Positions 27,801-34,325 of a DNA stretch of 64,000 nt are shown here, piece after piece. Both the position numbers and the translations under genes were made by a program. The stretch is from Dehalococcoidia bacterium (GTDB lineage: Bacteria > Chloroflexota > Dehalococcoidia > Lucifugimonadales > UBA3495). Under the pieces are notes generated by a model. The model worked only from the letters and a program-made list of their open reading frames with translations, searched no databases and was not told where the DNA came from. Numbering within the stretch: position 1 is the first letter of the stretch; each line of letters starts with the position of its first letter. The stretch is from NCBI GenBank assembly GCA_034420475.1, contig DAOULH010000025.1:65593-129592 (forward strand). The letters are read 5' to 3'.

Positions 27801-28620
27801 CGTCGCCCAGGTAGGCAGCGACGGTCTCCGGCGTAATCCATTGGATCACCAGGCCGCCGGCGAACCCCGCCAGTATCATGGCGGGTCCCAACCGCCACAG
27901 GTAGCGGAGGCTGGACTTCAGCCAGTCCTTCAATCCGGCGGAGGCGATGTCTCGCCAGGCGGCTGGTTCCTCCTGGGCCTGACCGTCGGCGGCGTTGCCG
28001 AAGATGTCCGCCAGACGCACTTGACGCCGGACGAGCAACGCCACCAGCGGGCCGAGCACCAGCACTCCTGCGATGCTGACCGCGATGCGCGTGCTGGCCA
28101 GCATGGGCGTGAAGACCAGGGCCGCCATCACCAGCGCCGGCACGTTCAGCGTGGAGGAACCCTGGGTGATGGCGATGGCGGTTTCCACCGGCGCGCCCCG
28201 GTTCCGAAAGGCCGACGCGATGGGAACGATGCAGGCGGAGCACAGGTTCATGGAGGAGCCGACGGCAAAGCCGCGCAATACCCCCTTGATGCCGCCGCCG
28301 GTGAACCGGGAGCCGCCGCTATTGGGGAACAGGAACACCTCGGTGATGCCGGCGGCGAGGAAGGCGAAGATCATCCCCACCGTCACCAGCTTCAGGTAGC
28401 TGGTGGAGAAGTCCCACCACCGTTGGAAGAAGCCGTTTTCAGGCTCCCGGTTGATGCAAAACCCCTGGAAACACTCGGCCCGGGGCGCGTTGACGCCGGC
28501 AAGGTCGGCCTCGACCGTATCCAGCTTGGGGATCCGGTTGAAGGCCAGGAACAGGGCTAGGATGACGGCCAACAGCACAATGCCGATGACCCGCTTCTTT
28601 TTCAGCGCCGTATCAAACAT
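24847..28620 (-). CDS. multidomain fusion: N-terminal permease + PD40 beta-propeller + IPT/TIG + FG-GAP/VCBS repeats + ASPIC/UnbV C-terminus (CRTAC1-like)
   Basis: aa 1-~365 are polytopic with NLCSACIVPIA (DUF318/ArsP-like permease). There are about six repeats of WSPDG..IAF.S.R.G..EIYVM.ADGS. An IPT-like segment reads ISALEP...VTVSGAGM...AITNPDG. Repeated DYDNDG.QDLYV FG-GAP units follow, and the C-terminus is NWLRVQTVGTVSNRDGIGARV...IRWPSG. Confidence 0.85.
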   Translation of the reverse strand: MFDTALKKKRVIGIVLLAVILALFLAFNRIPKLDTVEADLAGVNAPRAECFQGFCINREPENGFFQRWWDFSTSYLKLVTVGMIFAFLAAGITEVFLFPNSGGSRFTGGGIKGVLRGFAVGSSMNLCSACIVPIASAFRNRGAPVETAIAITQGSSTLNVPALVMAALVFTPMLASTRIAVSIAGVLVLGPLVALLVRRQVRLADIFGNAADGQAQEEPAAWRDIASAGLKDWLKSSLRYLWRLGPAMILAGFAGGLVIQWITPETVAAYLGDDLSGIAVAATLGILINVPLLFEIPLVAVLMLVGMGAAPAAALLFGAAAAGPFTLWGLARVMPKKAVAAFAAGTWTLSMVGGVGLLFVGPFFLDNSDSRIVFSSDRDGDFEIYSMLPDGSDLKRLSNNTNHDDMPAWSPDGKKIAFVSDRHGSPEIYVMNADGARARRLTEDNGPDNALPAWSPDGSRIAYSSERDGNREIYVMDADGSNPINLTNDPGYDSSPAWSPDGQRILFNSRRDGNLEIYVMDADGSNQVRLTRNATSDGFPAWSPDGSQIAFSSSRTGRPAVYVMDADGSNPVQLTGDAFNDYWPSWSPDGARIAFSSDRYGDPEIMMMNADGSHRVNLSHGPGADNAPAWRLGDLAPPNTHGPRISALEPAAAATSGGSLVTVSGAGMEAGSRVAIGGVEAMVLEFLDSQTMTVLAPARRAGVVDVAITNPDGRSGILPGGFTYLQPLFADVAQEAGVAFQHYRDPVDRIPLGAGVVVFDYNNDGWQDIYVASKPSWSESPDQIDGANALYRNDGNGTFTDIAAEAGVDELMGLSNGGCAADYDNDGDQDLYVTNWGASKLFRNNGSGTFADVTDLAGLGDPDPSYRSMGCAWGDYDRDGHLDFVVVRHMEESDMEVLDLRAFYLAVRPLGLFHNNGDGTFTEVSHLLGDISSPQKIPGEYGNLWGAGFQPGWLDFDNDGDPDLYVVNDFGHDAQPNVLWRNDGPTADGTWRFEDISRDSRADVAMFGMGLAVGDYDLDGHFDLYVTNIEDNVLLKNNGDGISFTETAADAEAGMGAFQRRQRVSWGTVFFDYDNDGWEDLYVASGHLDSDAPTNHRRQPNLLLRNTGDARFEDVSSISGADDRGVGRGVAYADFNDDGCLDLYVANLGLAGEEAQSARLFQNRCAGDANWLRVQTVGTVSNRDGIGARVTLVAGGRTQIREITAGSSNKSQNMLPAHFGLGLASRADSVQIRWPSGIVQTLHDVPANQQLTVIEAP

Positions 28621-28782
28621 CCGCAGTCGCTCTTTGGCGATATTCCGTCAGCCCCTGGGCCGGGAAGTTTGGCAAGTCGGAGGGTGGAGGGGCGATTACT
28701 CCGGGTTTTGCCGGAATGCGCGGATGTTATGCGCGCCGCAATATGCCGTCAATGGCGAGGCGACATCCCGCACGGGCGATCT

Positions 28783-28916
28783 CGCGCATACCCACTTCGC
28801 TTAAACCGTCATTGCGAGCGCAGCGCGGCAATCTCGTTGGGGCAACGGACGCCGCCGCGGGAACGATATCGCCGCGTCGCTGCGCTCCTCGCGATGACAA
28901 AATGGGTATGCGTGAG
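28783..28916. repeat. palindromic intergenic repeat, subfamily 1, copy D (core 28808..28898)
   Basis: Core differs from copy C by a single base (AACGATATC vs AACGAGATC). Confidence 0.9.
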
Positions 28917-28986
28917 CACGCGCGGTTCGTTGACTCCCGCAAAACGGCGATGCTACGGTGAGCCACCCTGACGAACCGGAGCCGCG

Positions 28987-30228
28987 ATGCGCCGGACCGA
29001 TTACCGCTGGACCATCCTGGGCACGGGGTTCGCGATCCTCTTTTTCAACGGCGGCTCGCGCTCTACCCTGGGGCTCATGCTGAAGCCCATGGTCGACGAC
29101 CTGGAATGGAGCCGGTCGGCCCTTTCGCTGGGAATCACGGCGTACATGGTGGTCTCCGCGCTGGCGATGCCCTTCGTCGGCCGGCTGGCGGACCGCTACG
29201 ATCTGCGCTGGATCATGGGGGCCGGCGTAATCGTGAGCGCCGTGGGCGTAGGGCTGATGAGCCTGATCGCCGCGCCGTGGCAGCTGTTCGCCGTCTATGG
29301 CCTGGTCTTCGCCCTGGGGAACGCCGGGATTTCCAACCCCATCGTCAGCGTCATGATCGTCCGGTGGTTTCCGGACCGCCGGGGCGTGGCCAACAGCGTG
29401 GCCGTATCGGGCAATGCCATCGGCCAACTGGTGATCATCGGGCTGCTGGCCCAGTCGTTGGACGCTTTCGGCTGGCGGGTATCGTACGCGGCGCTGGGCC
29501 TGGCCAACCTGGTGATCCTGGCGCCCGTGGTGTTCGCGGCGGTCAGGGCGGCGCCGGCTCCGGTCGCGCAAGCGGAACGGCCGCCGGGCGGCAACCCACT
29601 CCCGGCGGCGCCGGCAACCGATCTGCGGCAGGTTCCGCTGCTGACCTCGGTGCAACTCTGGTTGCTGGGCGGCATCTACGCCATCTGCGGGTTCCAGGAC
29701 TTTTTCGTGGCGACCCACGTGGTGGCCTTCGCCCTGGACATCGGGTTCGGCACGCTGGTCGCCGGGAACCTGCTGGCGCTGATGGGTGTGATGGGTCTGC
29801 TGGGAGTGCTGGTCTCGGGGTTCCTGGCCGACCGCATGGGGCCGGGCCGGCCAACGCTGCTCTGCTTCGTGATGCGGATCGGGATCTTCCTGCTGGTGCT
29901 GGTGTCGCAGGACAAGCCGGCGGTGATGATCTACGCGCTGCTGTACGGGTTCACCTTCCTGATGACCGCGCCGCTGACGGTAATCTTCTCCGGGAACATC
30001 TTCGGCACGGCGCGGCTGGGTCGGATCAGCGGGACGATCTCGATGATCCACCAGATCAGCGGCGGCCTTGGCGCGCTGGCGGGGGCGCTGGCCTTCGATA
30101 TCTGGGGCAGCTACGACCGGGCGTTCGCGCTGATGCTGGCCCTGTCGGTGGTCGCCACCGTGGGCACCCTGCTGGTTCGGGATAAGGAGGCCAGGGGCGC
30201 GCCGCAGCACGGGATGATCTGCCTCTAG
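28987..30228 (+). CDS. MFS transporter (oxalate/formate antiporter-like)
   Basis: 413 aa, 12 TM, GRLADRYDLRW loop motif. Confidence 0.85.
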   Translation: MRRTDYRWTILGTGFAILFFNGGSRSTLGLMLKPMVDDLEWSRSALSLGITAYMVVSALAMPFVGRLADRYDLRWIMGAGVIVSAVGVGLMSLIAAPWQLFAVYGLVFALGNAGISNPIVSVMIVRWFPDRRGVANSVAVSGNAIGQLVIIGLLAQSLDAFGWRVSYAALGLANLVILAPVVFAAVRAAPAPVAQAERPPGGNPLPAAPATDLRQVPLLTSVQLWLLGGIYAICGFQDFFVATHVVAFALDIGFGTLVAGNLLALMGVMGLLGVLVSGFLADRMGPGRPTLLCFVMRIGIFLLVLVSQDKPAVMIYALLYGFTFLMTAPLTVIFSGNIFGTARLGRISGTISMIHQISGGLGALAGALAFDIWGSYDRAFALMLALSVVATVGTLLVRDKEARGAPQHGMICL

Positions 30229-30293
30229 GTGCGCTAGGGTCGTCGCCATAAGGGGTGCTCTAATCGACGAAACGCGGCATCCCAGTTCGTAAA

Positions 30294-30405
30294 TCGTCAG
30301 AATCAGGATTTACGGGATTTTATGATTTGACAGGATTGGGAGATTCCCATCACAGACGGTTCCAATCCTGATAATCCTCAAATCTTGAAAATCCTGATTC
30401 TGACG
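30294..30405. repeat. 112-nt AT-richer palindromic element with 17-bp perfect terminal arms
   Basis: CGTCAGAATCAGGATTT (30294-30310) ... AAATCCTGATTCTGACG (30389-30405); internal GGATT/AATCC iterations. It is followed by CAAACTGGGTACGTGTGAGGG, which resembles the outer box of the subfamily-1 repeat. Confidence 0.7.
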
Positions 30406-30538
30406 TTTCCCCGCCGCAAACTGGGTACGTGTGAGGGTGACGGCAATGTTGTTTTAGTGGGCTACGCAGCGCGTCACAGAGCGGCCATCATCTGCGGGCA
30501 TCTATGGTGATCTCACTGTAGCATCATCAGGCGTCCGC

Positions 30539-31081
30539 CTACCGATCCACCAGGCACGCGATCACCTGCGGAGCCGCCGTGGCCGCCCGCTCGGAGAGTT
30601 CGGCGTCGGTCAGGGTGACGATGGGGTGCTCGATGATTGCCAGCCCGTACTCCGGGTCGCCGCGCATTCGGGACATGGCGTGGGCTTGACTCACGAAGGG
30701 CCGGGTGGTCAGCACGGTGGACGGGATGCCCAGCAGTTCGGTTTCCATTGCGTCGTGCACACTGCACGCGGTGCAGGACCCTCATTCCGCCGTGGCGTGT
30801 ATTGCCACGTCAATGCTCTTGGCGGTGCGTTGCAGGTCCTCGATTCGGGCCGGCCACTGCCATCCGCCCTTGTTGTGTTCCACGGTGCCGGCGATGTCGT
30901 ACCGCTCGCCGATGATGGCGGCGATGCGACGCAGCAGGTCCTCGGAGTGCGGCTTGTTGTTGGCGAACAGCCCGATGACCTTGCCGTCCAGGGTCGCCGG
31001 ACGCTGCGCCAACCGCGACGGGGCCGGCGGCGAGTCGTCGCGCGGGTCCAGCGTGACGATGGGAGTGGATTGTGTTGTCAT
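30539..31081 (-). CDS. UGSC-motif selenoprotein candidate (in-frame TGA at 30782-30784 read as Sec)
   Basis: ORF-track pieces 30782..31081 and 30539..30760 are in one frame: ...DVAIHATAE-TGA-GSCTACSVHDAMETELLGIPSTVLTTRPF... A paralog at 45186..45725 has TGA at the same column. Confidence 0.75.
30754..30768 (-). promoter_or_regulatory. candidate SECIS-like hairpin
   Basis: mRNA CGUGCA-GUG-UGCACG begins 13 nt 3' of the UGA; an alternative CUGCAC-CGC-GUGCAG pairing overlaps it. Confidence 0.35.
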
Positions 31082-31137
31082 GCGATGACCTCCTGGTTAG
31101 GGACCGGCCCGATGGATAACGCGGGAACGCGGTGGTG

Positions 31138-32139
31138 TCAGTTGGGTACGGCAACTTGCCGAATGACCGAGCGGCTGGAGCCCCAGGTGGCGATGAGACT
31201 GACGAAAGCGCCGGCCATGCCGCCGCCGGGCAGCACGGTGATCCGGTCGGCTTCGGGAACTACCGGAACCAGTCGGTCGTGATCGAGTTCGTGGCCCATC
31301 CGCTTCCAGCGCATCCACTCGGACACGGGTAGCCGCGCCTTGTCGTGCAGGAAGTCGGCCACCTGCTGGCGCGACCAGCCGGCCGCCGCCACGTGCTGCA
31401 TGGTCTCCGGGCTGATGACGCAGATCACTTCCGGCATACCCGGGCCGAAGGCCAGCATGGCGTGGGCCACGGTGGTCAGGAACTCGGCCGGGTCGCGGCC
31501 GCTGTGCAGGGTCACCTGCAATGGCGCCAGGGTGGCAAAGGCTCTCACGATGGTAGCGTCGTCGCCGTAGCCCAGTTCCGAAGCCAGCGATGGCCACGGG
31601 CTGATGGCCAGGTTCTCGGGGAAGCTGAAGGTGATCTTGCCGGCGTGGCCGAAGGTGCTGTTGTCCATCACCACCGGAACCGATCCGTAGAAGTTGGACT
31701 TGAACAGGTTTACCGCCCGACCGATGGCGGCGTTGGCGCGACTGCCGTTGCCCATCATCTCCACGCCGGCGTTCATGCCGATGGTCTCGGCGTAGGGGCC
31801 ACTGACCACCGTGAGCACCGTTGCGCCGTTGGTGGACGTGCTGCTGGCGTGGAGGTTGAAACTCCGCTCGGTGATCGCCGACAGCGCCGCCATGACCACC
31901 GGAAAATGCTCCGGCAGGCAACCGGCCATCACCGCGTTCACCGCCGCCTTGCCGGCCGTGAACCGCTTCTGCCGGATGATCTCCGTGCCCAGGTCGTGGT
32001 CGGCGTCCACGCCGGCGTAGTCCAGCATGGCCTGCACGCGGTCGGGAGTGGGCGGAACAATCGGCAGCCCATCGGTGAGGCCGTTGGCGAAGTAGTAATC
32101 CTGGGCGTCGTTCCAGTCGGCGAAGCTGAGGGTGGTCAT
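31138..32139 (-). CDS. conserved protein of unknown function linked to the UGSC gene (paralog of 43315..44397)
   Basis: 333 aa; shares TDGLPIVPPT and AVNAVMAGCLPEHFPVV blocks with the second copy; ends 56 nt upstream of the UGSC gene. Confidence 0.75.
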   Translation of the reverse strand: MTTLSFADWNDAQDYYFANGLTDGLPIVPPTPDRVQAMLDYAGVDADHDLGTEIIRQKRFTAGKAAVNAVMAGCLPEHFPVVMAALSAITERSFNLHASSTSTNGATVLTVVSGPYAETIGMNAGVEMMGNGSRANAAIGRAVNLFKSNFYGSVPVVMDNSTFGHAGKITFSFPENLAISPWPSLASELGYGDDATIVRAFATLAPLQVTLHSGRDPAEFLTTVAHAMLAFGPGMPEVICVISPETMQHVAAAGWSRQQVADFLHDKARLPVSEWMRWKRMGHELDHDRLVPVVPEADRITVLPGGGMAGAFVSLIATWGSSRSVIRQVAVPN

Positions 32140-32224
32140 GTGGCAATCACTCGCGGGGTTGGGTCTGGGGCGATACGGGATTATGCCATCAATCGCCGTT
32201 ACCCGCGAGTGTCCGCCGCCCGGT

Positions 32225-33622
32225 TCAGTTGCGCAGACCGCCCCGCCGGAAGTCCGGGGCCTCCATGGGCATTTCGGTGACCACCAGGGGATCCTGCAGG
32301 CGGGAGGCGATGCGCGGGCGGGCGGACGCGATGGTCTCGATCTGCTGTGACGTGGTGATGATGGTGGGCAGCCGCTCCTCGTAGCGATAGCCTACGATCT
32401 GGAACAGCTTGTCTTCCGCAAAGGGCGTGCTCCGCTCCGCGCCCATGTCGTCCAGCACCAGCACGTCGGCGTTGCGGATCCGGTCCAGCAGGTCGTCGTG
32501 GTTGACGTCGCTGTCCGGCGCGAAGGTGGCCCGCAGGTAGTCCAGCAGGTCGGCCACCGTGGCAAAAAAGACCTCGTCGCCCCGGTCTTCGCGCTCGCTT
32601 GCGGCCGCAACCGCCAGATGGGTCTTGCCGACGCCGTAGGGTCCGTGAAGGCTCAGCCAGCCATCTGGACTGTTGGCCCACCTTTGGACGTAGGATTTGG
32701 CCTGCTGCAAGCTCCGTTGTTGGTCGTGGGTCAAGCGGCCGTTGCCGGCTGGATCGAACGCCGGGAAGGTCATGCGAGCTCTCATATTGGGCGGGATTGC
32801 GCCAATGGATCGGCCGGTGGAACCACCCACTCTGCCCAGCCGGTAGAGCCGCCCGAACCCGTCCGGCGATTCCAGCCGGGTGCGCAGGAAGTCGTCCAGT
32901 CGGTTGGGGTCGCCGCGCAGAGTGACCACCGTGGGCAGGCGCGCCGCGTGCCTGGAGGCCAGGAGTTGGAACAGCCGCTCTTGGGTCCAGGGAGTCGACG
33001 GCCGGGTGGGCAGGTCATCCAGGACCAGCAGCGGCGCGTGACGTACCTGATCGAAAAGGTCAACAAATGGCTGGTCGGCATCGTCGTCGAACCCGCTGCG
33101 CAGGTAGTCGATCAGGTCCGCCGCGGTGATGAACAGAGCCGGATTGCCCGTCTCGATGCGGCGGTTGGCGATGGCGGCGGCCAGGTAGGTTTTTCCGCTC
33201 CCGCTGGGGCCGACAAGGGTAAGCCAACCCTCGGGGTTCTCAGCATAGGCGACGGCGGCCGACAGCGCATTCCGAAAAGCCTGACGCGCCGCTGCCTCCG
33301 GGCTCAGGCCGTCCGGATCGGCGTTCTCAAACTTGGCCTGGCGCAGGGACCCGAGGTTGCTGTACCGCTCCAGGGCTTCGATCCGCTGGCGTCGGTCAAT
33401 GTCCTGCTCCTGGCATTGGCATGGAAACACCTTGCCGAAGTCGGGATTGGTTACGTGGACCCTCCGCCTGACCCAGCCCGCGCCGCCGCACCGCTGGCAG
33501 TCTTCAGCCCCGTTCCGGCTCTCCGGATTCCCAGGGTAGTCGGCCGTATCGGCGTCGATAGCTGTCCAGGTATCCCGTGCGGCTATCCGGCGCAGTATCG
33601 CGCCCAGGCTCTCCATGCTCAT
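32225..33622 (-). CDS. DnaC/DnaI-like helicase loader with zinc ribbon and two tandem AAA+ modules
   Basis: CQRCGGAGWV...FPCQC. Module 1 has GPSGSGKT and LLVLDDL; module 2 has GPYGVGKT and VLVLDDMG. Start taken at MSMESLG (33622), which overlaps the dnaD-like gene by 119 nt. Confidence 0.75.
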   Translation of the reverse strand: MSMESLGAILRRIAARDTWTAIDADTADYPGNPESRNGAEDCQRCGGAGWVRRRVHVTNPDFGKVFPCQCQEQDIDRRQRIEALERYSNLGSLRQAKFENADPDGLSPEAAARQAFRNALSAAVAYAENPEGWLTLVGPSGSGKTYLAAAIANRRIETGNPALFITAADLIDYLRSGFDDDADQPFVDLFDQVRHAPLLVLDDLPTRPSTPWTQERLFQLLASRHAARLPTVVTLRGDPNRLDDFLRTRLESPDGFGRLYRLGRVGGSTGRSIGAIPPNMRARMTFPAFDPAGNGRLTHDQQRSLQQAKSYVQRWANSPDGWLSLHGPYGVGKTHLAVAAASEREDRGDEVFFATVADLLDYLRATFAPDSDVNHDDLLDRIRNADVLVLDDMGAERSTPFAEDKLFQIVGYRYEERLPTIITTSQQIETIASARPRIASRLQDPLVVTEMPMEAPDFRRGGLRN

Positions 33623-34325
33623 GACTGGTATCTCTGGCTCGTTCGGGCATCCCTGTCCTGTAGGCGGTCGGTCGCTCTTGCTTCCAGCCACGCAGCACCG
33701 CGTCGATATAGCGCCAACTGCGGGCGTTTCGCTCCGCGGCGACGGCAATGGCTTCGGCGATCCAGTCCGCCGGGTACTGCTCTTCCGCCGCCCGCAACTG
33801 CTCCGCGACGCTGTGGCCATACGGGCCGATGTGCTGTTCGTACAACGCGAATATGTTAGCACGCGGTTCCCCGGTTGTCGGCGGCTGCGGCAACGGTTCC
33901 GACGCATTGGCGTCCGCTGGTCCGGTCAGGTCGGCGGCAGTCAACTCCGTGACCCCGGCGGTCTCCACGTAGCGCCGGCAGCCCACGTCGTTCAGGAATA
34001 CGCGGACCTCGCCGCCGGACTGAACCGCCAGCAGTGTTCTCCGCGCGATGGCCGACGCCAATCCCTGCCGGATCGCTGTACCGTCTATCCCTGCTTCCAG
34101 AAAGGGATCGTCCAGCAGTTCGTGGAGGCTGATGCCGGGCGGAACGGGTCCGCGGGCTGGCGTTTCGGACAGCAGGGCCAGCGCCCGCAGCGTCACCTTG
34201 AGTTCGACGATGTCGTCAATGTCGGCCAGCCATTGCGCCATGGCCGCCGCCGGTATCGGGATCCGGCGTGCGTTGGCCGGCAAGGGCTTTTGATCAATCA
34301 GGGCTTTGCCAGCGACGTCACTCAT
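33504..34325 (-). CDS. DnaD-domain replication protein
   Basis: C-terminal ANIFALYEQHIGPYGHSVAEQLRAAEEQYPADWIAEAIAVAAERNARSWRYIDAVLRGW is a DnaD-domain pattern; the ATG directly abuts the dnaB stop. Confidence 0.75.
   Translation of the reverse strand: MSDVAGKALIDQKPLPANARRIPIPAAAMAQWLADIDDIVELKVTLRALALLSETPARGPVPPGISLHELLDDPFLEAGIDGTAIRQGLASAIARRTLLAVQSGGEVRVFLNDVGCRRYVETAGVTELTAADLTGPADANASEPLPQPPTTGEPRANIFALYEQHIGPYGHSVAEQLRAAEEQYPADWIAEAIAVAAERNARSWRYIDAVLRGWKQERPTAYRTGMPERARDTSHEHGEPGRDTAPDSRTGYLDSYRRRYGRLPWESGEPERG

Noticed and set aside
28716-28961. Short ORFs translated from the palindromic repeats (also 15045..15242, 18849..19241, 37730..37963, 50568..50765, 51737..52024)
   Set aside because: Their recurring peptides (CHCERSAAISL, VIARSAATWRSRS, IAALRSQ, PRCARNDS) arise in both orientations and several frames of the same DNA repeat. 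Conservation is at the nucleotide level, not the protein level.
28801-30249. 482-aa minus-strand ORF opposite the MFS transporter
   Set aside because: It is extremely Arg/His/Pro/Gln-rich with no TM or domain pattern, whereas the plus strand encodes a clean 12-TM MFS protein.
30782-30784. Reading the TGA as a genuine stop or pseudogenising mutation that splits the gene in two
   Set aside because: The downstream piece is in frame and conserved. An independent diverged paralog has TGA at the same column within the same G-S-C-T context, so two parallel nonsense mutations at one position are far less likely than Sec. Confirmation still needs the Sec machinery to be found elsewhere in the genome.
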